A DNA stretch of 64,000 nucleotides from an uncultured Nitrososphaeraceae archaeon (GTDB lineage: Archaea; Thermoproteota; Nitrososphaeria; Nitrososphaerales; Nitrososphaeraceae), in the NCBI GenBank assembly GCA_963729045.1, contig CAVSMN010000020.1, positions 128,001-192,000 on the forward strand, given 5' to 3'. Made by a program: the position numbers and the translations under genes. The notes under the pieces were generated by a model. That model saw nothing but the letters and a program-made list of their open reading frames with translations, was not told where the DNA came from and did not search any database. Positions 20,025-30,443 of the stretch are shown piece after piece. Positions within the stretch are counted from its first letter, which is position 1. The number at the start of each line of letters is the position of its first letter.

Positions 20025-20943
20025 TTACCATACTGGAGTAACCCACGTATTAAAATCGGGTATTTGAGATACCACTATTTTTTGGTAGTAGTCAGAGATT
20101 TTTCTTGTAAATTCGCCAACTGTTCCGTTTCCAACTTTATGATTATCCACGCTTATTATTGGAGTAATTTCAGCTGCAGTACCTGTAACAAATATTTCAT
20201 CGGCAATGTATAATTCTGTACGGGTAATGGATCGCTCGCATACATCATAACCAAGATGTCTTTGCTATCGTGATAGCCGTATCCCTAGTTATTCCTTCAA
20301 GCACAGAATCCGATAATGATGGAGTATAAATCTTATTATTTCGAACTAGAAAAATATTTTCTCCTGGTGCTTCACTCACATTGCCATAATAATCGAGTAA
20401 TATCGATTCATCATACCCATTTCTTTTGCACTCTTGAGTAGCTAATACTGAATTCATATAATTTCCTCCAGCTTTTGCCATCGGTGGAGTAGAGTTCTCA
20501 TTTATTCGTCTCCATGAAGAAATGCATGTTCTTATCCCGGTTTCTGGAAAATATCTATCAAAAGGGAAAGCAATAATGGCTAGATGAGAAGGGGAGCGTT
20601 TAGTAACATTAAGATCTATTCCATGTAATCCAACAAATAATAAGGGCCTAATATAACAAGACTTTTTAATATTATTCTTCCTTAATAATTCAACAGTAGA
20701 TGTACACATTTCAGAAAGAGTATAATTTGAATTGATAGAATAGACCTCTGCAGACTGAAGTAATCTTTGCATATGCTCTTTAAGTTTAAAAATAAACAGA
20801 TTTTGATCATTTGAGTATCCCCTGATGCCCTCAAAGACTGACGTTCCGTAGTGTAACGCATGAGTCGTAATAGGAACGGTAACAGAATCCCATGATTTGA
20901 ATTCACCGTCAAACCAAATAAAATCAGCATTCTTAGTATTCAT
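20025..20943 (-). pseudogene. ilvE: Branched-chain amino acid aminotransferase, +1 frameshift near 20260 (probably a sequence error)
   Basis: HALHYGTSVFEGIR, YIRP, AKAGGNY, LEGITRDT; second frame continues HLGYDVCERSITRTELYIADEIFVTGTAAEITP...PVW* to 20025. Confidence 0.9.
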
Positions 20944-20995
20944 AGATTTGCAAGTTTTTTACTTCTATAAAAGTGTTAAATCTACAGTAATCAAC

Positions 20996-21646
20996 TTAAA
21001 TAAACCCATTTTTTGGGAATTTCATACCCATAACACGTATAGTTTCATCCTTTGTAATGGAAAAATTTTTTATAGTTTCCCAATTGTCTTCTATCACTTG
21101 GCCGACTTTAGGGGAAACATATTCATGCCATTTCAAATCATTGTTATTTGATCCCTCATTCGGGTTTAGATTTTCTGTGGATAAAACCGATTTATATAAA
21201 AGATTTTTTACATTCGTCGACGAGACAACTTGTCTATTAGCTTTAACGGGATTAAAACCAAAGAGGGATAACAGAACCCGTTCGGCTCTATCTCCAGTGT
21301 AGGTTATAAAAGAATTTTCTTGGATATTAAGAATTATCTTATTTTTTAATCTTTTAAATGCAGGGGATACAAATGGTGGAAAGTATTGTATGTATGGAGA
21401 AAGAAAAGCATAATCTCCAAGAACATGAATATTTTTGTGATAATTAAAGGATTCCAATATCATTTGTTTTCTAATTTCGTAGGAAAATGGGAAACTTCGT
21501 GTATTTACTTCTATCCCATCTTTCAAAAACCTTACCGGATAAATATAAACACTATAATTCTGTAAAAGATTCCGGATAATTGACTCATGCGAAACAGTCA
21601 AAGGGTTAATATGTGCTAAAAATATCGCTGCAATTTTTTTTTCCAT
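20996..21646 (-). CDS. HIGH-superfamily nucleotidyltransferase-like protein
   Basis: IFLAHINPLTVSH, FPFSYEIRKQMI, VSSTNVK, W..YV. Confidence 0.6.
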   Translation of the reverse strand: MEKKIAAIFLAHINPLTVSHESIIRNLLQNYSVYIYPVRFLKDGIEVNTRSFPFSYEIRKQMILESFNYHKNIHVLGDYAFLSPYIQYFPPFVSPAFKRLKNKIILNIQENSFITYTGDRAERVLLSLFGFNPVKANRQVVSSTNVKNLLYKSVLSTENLNPNEGSNNNDLKWHEYVSPKVGQVIEDNWETIKNFSITKDETIRVMGMKFPKNGFI

Positions 21647-21679
21647 AGCACAAAGGGAGAAAAATTAAACTAAAGGTAT

Positions 21680-22006
21680 TTAAGAATTTCTTTTTATCTG
21701 AATTTCTATTGTCGAAACATTTCTTGTTCTGCCGTCCTCAGCTTGAACGGTTTCAGATCCTATAAGGATATCACCAACAGCATAGCCAGCATTTTCCATT
21801 CTCTTTAGTATTATCTGTGATACATCCACAGCTCTGCCAATGCTTAAACCACGGGCTTTAATAGTTACAGAAGGTTGATTTGCCAATTGAATAAGTGTTG
21901 AAGTTACATAAGCCATCAATGGTTTTTTACCGATGTATATTGCATCTCTTGTAGGGCTATTTTCTTTGTTTTGTTGATTAGGTTGTGAGTGTACTTCTGA
22001 CATCAA
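21680..22006 (-). CDS. albA: DNA/RNA-binding protein Alba
   Basis: IYIGKKPLMAYV, IKARGLSIGRAVDV, NVSTIEI. Confidence 0.95.
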   Translation of the reverse strand: MMSEVHSQPNQQNKENSPTRDAIYIGKKPLMAYVTSTLIQLANQPSVTIKARGLSIGRAVDVSQIILKRMENAGYAVGDILIGSETVQAEDGRTRNVSTIEIQIKRNS

Positions 22007-22077
22007 TATAAGTAATTTGAGGGGATAATTTAAATCTAAGATTTTTTAGTAATAGAGAATAATCTCTTATTAAAACG

Positions 22078-23581
22078 TTATGAAGACTCATCAATAAATT
22101 CTTTTATTTTCAAATTAAGTTTGTCATTAGCAATCTTTAATCTATTAGAACGGTCCTCAAGAATTTCCTCATATTCATTCATTTTTGTAGTTATGTATGA
22201 AATCATCTCTTTTTGTTCATTTTTATTAGGAGAACCTTTGGTAGTGCGATATTCTATTGAATTTTCTGGAGTCATACTTTGGATTATACTTTGAATCTTT
22301 TCTAGAGTTAGATCAGGATTTGAATAGTCAATCAGTCCTAATGCCTTAGATATATCACTTGGTTTTAATAGATTCAGAGGGATATTTCCATTCTTTACCG
22401 CATAATCTACTAAAGTACCGATTAATTTGTGAGACTCCCTAAACGATATTCCCCCTTTTTTGATAAGTTGTTCTGCAATGTCTAGTGATATAGCGTAGCT
22501 TTTAGATGAATCTGCATACATTTTGTTTTTATTCGACACTCATTGTAGATATCACACCGGCCATAATAGATAGAGACCCTTCAAGTATTGAAGTAATTTT
22601 CCATAACAAAGGTTTTATCTCCTGTAAATCTCTGCTATATCCTGAAGGCAGTCCTTTCATAATTGTAGAAATTGCTACCAAAATCCCCTGTATAACGCCA
22701 GTCTTTCCACGAATAAGTTCCAGAGGATCAGGATTCTTTTTTTGTGGCATTACAGATGAGGATGAACTAAATCGATCATCCAAGAAAACAAAACCGAATT
22801 CAGATGTAGACCAAACAATAAGATCCTCTGCTATCTTACATAGGTTTAACATACAAGTAAGAGAGGCAGAAGCGAATTCTATCAACGAATCTCGTGAACT
22901 CGTCGCATCTATGCTATTATAGACAATATCTGAAAAACCTAACATGGAGGACACTCTTTCACGATCTATGTTCATACTGCTTCCCCCGATAGCACAAGCC
23001 CCCAGTGGAGAACAATTGATCCTTTTATATGATTCTGAATACCTTTCGAAGTCTCGGGTTAAAGAAAAGCAATATGATAGTAAATAATGAGAAAAAACAC
23101 CCAATTGAGCCTGTTGCATATGAGTGTACATAGGCATTATGGAATCAACATTACTGTTTGCCTGCAATAATAATGATTTTATTAACAATATTATATTAGC
23201 ACTAATTCGATTTAGATCATCCCGAAGTTTCATTCTAATGTCTAATATCACTTGGTCATTTCTCGATCTTGCGGTATGCATTTTCCCACCCGAATTGATA
23301 TCGGTAATCCTTATAATAGCAGATTCTATCAATTCATGGATGTCTTCAGAAGCGCTATCACCATATCTGTTTAATGAATCGGAATGGGTCAATAAGTGAT
23401 CCATACCTTTTAAAATAGTAACCAGTTCTTTTTTAGCCAGGATACCAACTTCATATAACATTATTACGTGAGCCTGACTCCCCAAGATATCGTAATAAAA
23501 TAAGTCAGCATCTTCGGCTATTGAGGACAAAAATGATAGAGCTTTATTATCCAAATTTCCACTGGGCCTAGACCTATACAT
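22078..23581 (-). pseudogene. argH: Argininosuccinate lyase, +1 frameshift near 22534 (probably a sequence error)
   Basis: HTARSRNDQV, YTHMQQAQ, SSSSVMPQKKNPD, GYSRDLQE; second ORF has FRESHKLIG. Confidence 0.9.
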
Positions 23582-23684
23582 TCAAAAATTTTAATTTAAT
23601 CGGATATTTTAACATAATAAAATTGATTAGGCGAAAAATATTTGGATTTACTAAATAATTAATAAATAGGCAAGATGACAATAT

Positions 23685-24038
23685 ATGTTAATCATGTCTC
23701 AAGATTTACAACTAACTAGACGTCTAATATTTGATGAACTTACAAAAATAGTTGACCCGGAAATAGGAGTTTCAATAATGGAGTTAGAATTAATAGACAA
23801 AGTAGACATCGATAAAGGAAAAGTTGATGTCGATTTACATCTTACTAGTCCATTCTGTCCAGCAGTATTTGGATTTAAAATAGCACAAGATGTAAGAGAC
23901 AATATTTTTAAAGTTGAAGGCATCAACGATGTAAAAGTAAATGTAAGCAATCACTTCATGGCAGAAGCGATAAACAAGCAGGTAAATGAAAGTAAAAAAC
24001 CTTCAGATAAACCAGATGAGAAAAAGAGTGAAAAATAG
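23685..24038 (+). CDS. DUF59/SufT-like Fe-S cluster assembly factor
   Basis: VDPEIGVSIMELELI, LTSPFCP. Confidence 0.9.
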   Translation: MLIMSQDLQLTRRLIFDELTKIVDPEIGVSIMELELIDKVDIDKGKVDVDLHLTSPFCPAVFGFKIAQDVRDNIFKVEGINDVKVNVSNHFMAEAINKQVNESKKPSDKPDEKKSEK

Positions 24039-24068
24039 CCTGTCACCAGGTAATTAATGAATTTTTTA

Positions 24069-24857
24069 CTATTCCTCTTTCGACCTTAGTGTCGCAATTT
24101 TTTTATCATTTTTTGTAATTCCGATCAGATGGCCCTTAAGAAGCTGAATCCCTAAGGCCGGGTCAACCCCCTTAGGGCATACATTACTGCAAGAACCCGC
24201 AAAATGGCATCTCCAAATTCCGTGTCTATCATCAATTATGTCAAGTCTAGTTGAATCGCCAGAATCTCTATTATCGGCCATATATCGATAAGTCTGAGAC
24301 AAAGCCTGAGGTCCTGGAAACTTTGTATCCGTTGCTACTGTAGGACATGCAGAATAACATAAACCACATTTAATACAATACGAGAATTGCAAATACTTGT
24401 CTACATCTTCTGGAGTTTGTTTAAATTCAACCAAGTCATCTTTATCTACAACTTCAATGGGCACCTTTTCATTGTGTATGTACGGTTCCATCTTTTTGTG
24501 ATGAGCGAAGAATTCCGTAAAATCTGTGACCAAATCTCTTATCCTTGGGAAACTAGGGAGTGGATCACAAACTATTGTTTGGTCATTTAGTTCAGATATT
24601 TTTGTATAACATGCTAATCGGGGCTTGCCATTTATTTTCATGCCGCATGAACCACAAGAAGCCATTCTGCATGAATATCTAATTCCTAAGCTACTGTCAG
24701 AATAAGATTTGGCATCTAACAATGCATCCAAAACGGTAGTCCATCGTTTAACGGACACATCAAATTCGTCATAATGTGGAGACTCTTCTTTGTTATAATT
24801 AGTTCTATATACCTTTAATTTTATTTTATTAGTTTCGTCACTCATATTTATCCGCAC
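24069..24857 (-). CDS. sdhB: Succinate dehydrogenase iron-sulfur subunit
   Basis: SCRMASCGSC, CIKCGLCYSACP, CHFAGSCSNVCP. Confidence 0.95.
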   Translation of the reverse strand: MRINMSDETNKIKLKVYRTNYNKEESPHYDEFDVSVKRWTTVLDALLDAKSYSDSSLGIRYSCRMASCGSCGMKINGKPRLACYTKISELNDQTIVCDPLPSFPRIRDLVTDFTEFFAHHKKMEPYIHNEKVPIEVVDKDDLVEFKQTPEDVDKYLQFSYCIKCGLCYSACPTVATDTKFPGPQALSQTYRYMADNRDSGDSTRLDIIDDRHGIWRCHFAGSCSNVCPKGVDPALGIQLLKGHLIGITKNDKKIATLRSKEE

Positions 24858-24938
24858 ATGTTTTTTATTTCATATTCAAGATTAACATTCAGAATTAGTG
24901 TAGAAGATGACCAGGGTATTATATTTTCTTGATACATA

Positions 24939-25292
24939 TTATAATTGACTCCCAATAATAATTGTTCTTGTACCATATGCTACAACACCAATCATTGCGG
25001 CTAGCACCAATATAGTTATTGTGGACTCCCACCATTGATTTTGTTTTAGTTCTATTAAAATAATTCTCAAGCCATTAAATCCATGAATGGAGATAAAAAC
25101 AAGTATTAATTCCAACAGTATAACATAGTACATATTATGATAATTAGCTACTACGTTATGAAATTCTAAACTTTGGCCAAATGGCATAATGAGTCTAAAT
25201 AATATATGAATTGCTACAAAGAATACGGCACATATCCCCGTCAAATAATGAATTTTCATTATTTGACTTTCGCGTAATTTTAATAGCGGCAT
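24939..25292 (-). CDS. sdhD: Succinate dehydrogenase membrane anchor subunit
   Basis: Three TM helices, HGFNGLR, operon position. Confidence 0.85.
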   Translation of the reverse strand: MPLLKLRESQIMKIHYLTGICAVFFVAIHILFRLIMPFGQSLEFHNVVANYHNMYYVILLELILVFISIHGFNGLRIILIELKQNQWWESTITILVLAAMIGVVAYGTRTIIIGSQL

Positions 25293-25350
25293 TAGATTCT
25301 AAGCTCCATAAAATAATTCAAGCTGCTATAGGTGTTTGTCATGTCCAACC

Positions 25351-25836
25351 TTAGCTCATATCTCCAAACATAACCATACCACCATACAACATGGCAATAG
25401 CAGCTAATAACATGGCAACCCATATGCCAGATTTTTGCTTATAATTCAAAGAAGTTGCATCATATGGATAATCCGGTCGTCCTGGTCTACCTATGCCTAT
25501 TCCAGACTCGGTAAAAATAAGGCGTAATCCATTAACTGTATGAAAGGTGCTTGCACCTATGACCAATAATAGAAATATGTGGCCTCCGGTTGTTTGAGTC
25601 AACTCTAGCATACTATTCCAAGCATTAATCCCATTTACTAATGAGCTAGTTTCATATATATGCCCTATAAAGTAGATTAATAAACCGACTCCGGTTAAAC
25701 GTTGCAGCCAATAAGATACTCTTTCCCAACCATATCTAGTAGGGTTCAACCAGCCCATTAATCCTTCACGTCCAGATTTGAGCTTAATATCGCCATCTGT
25801 ACTAGAATTATTCTCACTATTAGGTTTTATACCCAA
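25351..25836 (-). CDS. sdhC: Succinate dehydrogenase cytochrome b subunit
   Basis: LQRLTG, HIYET, FHTVNGLR. Confidence 0.85.
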   Translation of the reverse strand: MGIKPNSENNSSTDGDIKLKSGREGLMGWLNPTRYGWERVSYWLQRLTGVGLLIYFIGHIYETSSLVNGINAWNSMLELTQTTGGHIFLLLVIGASTFHTVNGLRLIFTESGIGIGRPGRPDYPYDATSLNYKQKSGIWVAMLLAAIAMLYGGMVMFGDMS

Positions 25837-27555
25837 TTAGTATTTTCTCTCCACTGGTGCATATCGAGTAAATACGACCGGATGCCATGCCATCTTAGGT
25901 TCCCCGTCACTATTATAATACGCAAGAGTATGTTTTAAAAAGTTATTATCATCGCGGTTGGGATAATCTATTCGTGCATGAGCTCCTCTAGATTCGCGTC
26001 TATTTATTGCACCCATCAATACTATTTCGGCAACCCGCATCATGGAATCTATTTCCATCACATTAATGAAATTTGTATTGTATTCTTTTGCTTGATCATC
26101 AACGTGTTTCCAACTCAACGATTTAAGACTACGAATTCTTTTTAAGCCCTCTATAAGATCATTTTCATTTCTGTAAACATAAGATCTTTCATCCATAGTG
26201 TCAGTCAGATTCTTTCTAATTTCATAAGGATTAGTATCACCACGACCTCTAAATATCCCATCATAGATTCTCTTTTCTTCCATCAAAAATTGATGATTAT
26301 CCGTACTTGGAATGCTAGTCTTTTTACTTAACGCGTGATTGGCAGCCAATTCTCCAGTAATGGCACCCCATACTAGACATTCAGAAGTAGAATTTGCCCC
26401 CAATCGATTTGCTCCATGAGTACTATTACACGAAGCCTCACCAGCTACCCACAGTCCATTAAATTCAGTAGCACCATCCACATTAGAATGGATGCCACCC
26501 ATCATATAATGACACACAGGTCTCACTTCAATAGGTTCATCAATTACGTCTACCCCAGAAAATTTAATTCCAATTTCTCTGATTCCTGCAAGTTTTTCTT
26601 TAATTCTTTCTGCACCTAGATGAGTTAGATCCAATTTAAGACAATCAGCACCTGTAACATGTTTAAATCCTCTCCCTGCCTGGATTTCAGTTATCATAGA
26701 ACGAGACACCACATCCCTTGGAGCAAGTTCTAATTTTTCGCCTGCATAATTTTTCATAAACCGTTCGCCTTCAGAATTAATCAAATATCCGCCCTCTCCC
26801 CGTGCACCTTCGGTAATCAAGATTCCAGATGGCAAAATACCCGTGGGATGGAATTGAACAAATTCCATATCCTTTAAAGCCATGCCAGCACGGTATGCCA
26901 TATCTAAACCATCTGGGGTAGAAGAATAAGCATATGTAGAGAAGCTATAGATTCTGCCTGCTCCTCCAGTACAAATTATGCCTGATGGGGCAACGACCTT
27001 AACAAAATTGCCATTTTTCATCTCTATGCAAGTAAATCCCTGAAAGGTATTCCCTTCATGAAGGATGGAGGTACAGAACCATTCATTAAAGAAAAAAATA
27101 TTATCATATTTAAGACATGTATCATAGAGCGTTTGCATCTCGTAAAATCCCACTTTATCCTGGGCATAAGTAGCCCTCGGAAAAGAATAGCCACCAAATT
27201 TCCGTTGATCGATTCTTCCATTATCTCGTCTTGACCATGGCATTCCCCATCTATCTAGTTGTATTATTTCTGATGGAATCCAATTTACAAGTCTTTCTGC
27301 AACGTCTTGGTCTGCTAAAAAATCACTACCTTTAATAGTATCATATATATGCGATTCTATATTATCACCTTCGTTTTCATATAGTACAGCAGCTGTGCCC
27401 CCTTCAGCAGATACAGAATGAGAACGCATGACCTGAACTTTTGACAGAACAGCAATTTTTAGATTCTTGTTTTTCGAGGCGGCAGTAATAGCAGCCCTAA
27501 GTCCTGCCAAGCCGGACCCTACTATAAGTATATCATAAGAAAGAGTTTCCGTCAA
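25837..27555 (-). CDS. sdhA: Succinate dehydrogenase flavoprotein subunit
   Basis: GSGLAG, RSHSVSAEGG, QFHPT, HYMMGG, HGANRLG, ESRGAH. Confidence 0.97.
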   Translation of the reverse strand: MTETLSYDILIVGSGLAGLRAAITAASKNKNLKIAVLSKVQVMRSHSVSAEGGTAAVLYENEGDNIESHIYDTIKGSDFLADQDVAERLVNWIPSEIIQLDRWGMPWSRRDNGRIDQRKFGGYSFPRATYAQDKVGFYEMQTLYDTCLKYDNIFFFNEWFCTSILHEGNTFQGFTCIEMKNGNFVKVVAPSGIICTGGAGRIYSFSTYAYSSTPDGLDMAYRAGMALKDMEFVQFHPTGILPSGILITEGARGEGGYLINSEGERFMKNYAGEKLELAPRDVVSRSMITEIQAGRGFKHVTGADCLKLDLTHLGAERIKEKLAGIREIGIKFSGVDVIDEPIEVRPVCHYMMGGIHSNVDGATEFNGLWVAGEASCNSTHGANRLGANSTSECLVWGAITGELAANHALSKKTSIPSTDNHQFLMEEKRIYDGIFRGRGDTNPYEIRKNLTDTMDERSYVYRNENDLIEGLKRIRSLKSLSWKHVDDQAKEYNTNFINVMEIDSMMRVAEIVLMGAINRRESRGAHARIDYPNRDDNNFLKHTLAYYNSDGEPKMAWHPVVFTRYAPVERKY

Positions 27556-27711
27556 ATACTTTATCTCATGATATCTAAATCAAGTCAATAATAAATTCTT
27601 TCTAATAATTAATCACAAGTTTACATAGTATATGTTATTTATTATCAATTTTTAATATGATTGTATAAATAGAAAATTTAAGAATAAAACTCGTAATTAT
27701 ATTGATAGATT

Positions 27712-28071
27712 TCATTTGTTAGGATTGGTTTTTTGGAGTAGACTATCCAATCCCTTTTCGCCTACTGCACCAACTGCTCTATCTACCGCATTACCACCTA
27801 CAAACATTACAAATGTGGGTATTGCATATACTTCCAGACGCATTGCTATTGATTGATTGTCATCTACGTTTAATCTACCGAATTTGACTTTATCCGTGTA
27901 TTTTTTGGAAAGTTTATCAAATATTGGAAGCATAAATTGGCATGGGCCACACCATGTTGCCCAAAAATCAACCAAGACGATCTTGTTATCAGATATAAAG
28001 CGTTCAAAATTATTTTCCGATAATTCTATTATAGTATTAGAAGAAGAGGTAGATCCTGATTCGTTAGTCAT
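27712..28071 (-). CDS. trxA: Thioredoxin
   Basis: DFWATWCGPC, AIPT. Confidence 0.95.
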   Translation of the reverse strand: MTNESGSTSSSNTIIELSENNFERFISDNKIVLVDFWATWCGPCQFMLPIFDKLSKKYTDKVKFGRLNVDDNQSIAMRLEVYAIPTFVMFVGGNAVDRAVGAVGEKGLDSLLQKTNPNK

Positions 28072-28284
28072 TTTTACGGATAATCTATATTAATAATTGA
28101 TATATAAGACTTTACGATCACATGAATTATTATATTAATGAAAAATTCATGACATTTCGAAGGAAAGCGTATCCGTATAAGAACTAGACATAAGTAAACC
28201 GCATTCAATTGTACAATATATTCTATCTGCTAATGAATCTTAGAATTGCAAGAACAGATATAACGCATATTAAATGCTAAAGGG

Positions 28285-28728
28285 CTATAAATCTACTATA
28301 TATTCAATTATGGTTTCATTTGTATCTTTATAATCGAGTATTTTCATTTCATGATAGGTTATTCCCTTAATTTCCACTTTAAGTTCATGTTTACTAAGAT
28401 CTACAAGTTCACCCTCACCATAGCCAGTAAGAATGTATTTATCAGAAGATTTATCAAAGGTAATTTCAATTTTAAACTTTGAAAAAATCACTTTATCAAT
28501 GAGCATCATCAACAAGATTTTATCAAGCCAATCAAACAATAGATTCTCTAACTCGTCACCCTCTGCAAAAATAGGAATCCGCTGCTTTTTCTCTATATTT
28601 TCTATATCATACATGATATTAACCAAGCCCATTGCCGAATATTCAAAAGCTTCATTCATGGTTTGACCTCTGATACGTAAGTATGCGTCCGTCATATGGT
28701 CAAGATATTCAACACTGTCAAGAAACAT
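28285..28728 (-). CDS. Archease (RtcB tRNA ligase activator)
   Basis: EYLDHMTD, EIKGITYH, C-terminal IVDL. Confidence 0.9.
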   Translation of the reverse strand: MFLDSVEYLDHMTDAYLRIRGQTMNEAFEYSAMGLVNIMYDIENIEKKQRIPIFAEGDELENLLFDWLDKILLMMLIDKVIFSKFKIEITFDKSSDKYILTGYGEGELVDLSKHELKVEIKGITYHEMKILDYKDTNETIIEYIVDL

Positions 28729-28805
28729 GCAGTCTTATTAAACTGATAGATATTATAATGAACCGGAAAATCTAAATTTAAAAAATATTGACAGTCTAAA
28801 CAACA

Positions 28806-30223
28806 ATGAAATTTCTACTGCCGAGAGGGATGAGAGATCTAGAGCCAGACGAGTATAAGGACATCAATGTGATCAGAAATGCATTCATAGACTCTGCAAG
28901 AATTTTTAATTTTATGTTAATGGAACCATCTCCATTAGAATTATTATCTACCCTCGAGACAAAGTCAGGTCCTTCCATAACTAAGGAGATCTACAATTTC
29001 GTAGACAAAGGGAATAGAAATATTGCTCTTAGATTTGATTTAACCATAGGATTAACAAGATACTTTGTATCCCGAAGAGATCTGAAGATTCCCACAAAAA
29101 TGGCCTCATTTGGTGGAGTTTGGAGATATGATGAGCCACAAGCAGGAAGATACAGATTTTTCCATCAATGGGACATTGAAATATACGGGCCTTCATCAAT
29201 AGAATCGGATACTGAAATAATTGAATTTACATCAATTTTTCTACAAAAACTCGGATTGAGAAATATACTTATCGATATTAGCAGTAGAAATTTAATTGAA
29301 GAATATATCAAAAATATTCTCAAGGTATCAAATGATGAAGAAATATTTGAGATATTCAGGGCAATTGACAAAATACCAAAGAAGGGAAAAGCCAATGTGT
29401 TAAAAGAATATAGTGAAAGAATTGATAGTAAAGTCTTAGAAAAAGTGATTAATTTTGCAGAGAAAAAAGGTAGTTTCAAGGAATTAGATGATGCTATGAA
29501 TTTGCTCGAACTGAAGAACTGGGAAGACATAGGAAAAATCAACATGTCGTTATCAAATAAAGGAATAAACAACATTCGAATTAATTTGGGCATCGTAAGA
29601 GGTTTGGACTATTATTCAGGGTTAGTTTTTGAAGCAATAGACACAGGAAATAACCTAGGATCCCTTGTTGGAGGTGGTCGATACAACAAACTTACCGATG
29701 CTTTTGGAAGAAAAGAAGTTGGAGCCATCGGGGCAGCTGGTGGGGTTGAGCGTATTGTTTTGGCAATGAAACAACAGGGAATATTCAAGAAAGATAAAAC
29801 AGTGAGTTTGAAGATTTGAATTATATAGTATATGACTCTATCGAAATATTTGACTATGTAGAACAATTATCCTCGTATTTAAGGAGAAACAATTTTCCAG
29901 TTGACTATGACTTGTCAGGAAGATCATTTTCAAAACAAATTGCAGAAGCAGAAAATAAGAAGAGTAAAAAAATCATAATTGTAAGTAAAGAGGATTTAGA
30001 AAAAAATGGCAAACTAACATTAAGAGATGCATTTCATAAGACAGATAAGAAGATAAACATAACTAAGGATTTTGATGAATTAGTTCAAGAGTTAGTCGAC
30101 AATAAGATTGAGATAAATTTAGAGTTTGATAGATTTTACACTTTTCATTTTAATAAAACCACTTGGAGTTTTGGCATACACTTTTCTCAATACCAAATCT
30201 GGTGGATCATAGCTTATATATAA
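28806..30223 (+). pseudogene. hisS: Histidyl-tRNA synthetase, -1 frameshift near 29796-29800 (probably a sequence error)
   Basis: LPRGMRD, LRFDLT, WRYDEPQAGRYR, VRGLDYYSG, GGGRY, GGVERI; ORF 29816-30223 encodes the anticodon-binding domain. Confidence 0.9.
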
Positions 30224-30379
30224 ATCACCTTCGTTTAGTTCTTGAACATTATAATTAATTTCAATTGTTTCTTCAGGTATCCCATGTTCTTTTAATCTTA
30301 GTTTGGCTTTTTCGATTAATTCGGAATCAGAAGTATTAGGAGCAAAGAAAATTTTTCCTATTAAATTGAATTCATTCAT
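30119..30379 (-). CDS. Hypothetical protein, last gene of the infB run
   Basis: 86-aa ORF co-oriented with infB. Confidence 0.65.
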   Translation of the reverse strand: MNEFNLIGKIFFAPNTSDSELIEKAKLRLKEHGIPEETIEINYNVQELNEGDLYISYDPPDLVLRKVYAKTPSGFIKMKSVKSIKL

Positions 30380-30443
30380 AGGTTTTATATTATTTACAAA
30401 TTTAACACTATATAAATATCAGATGACAATAAAAACGAATTTA

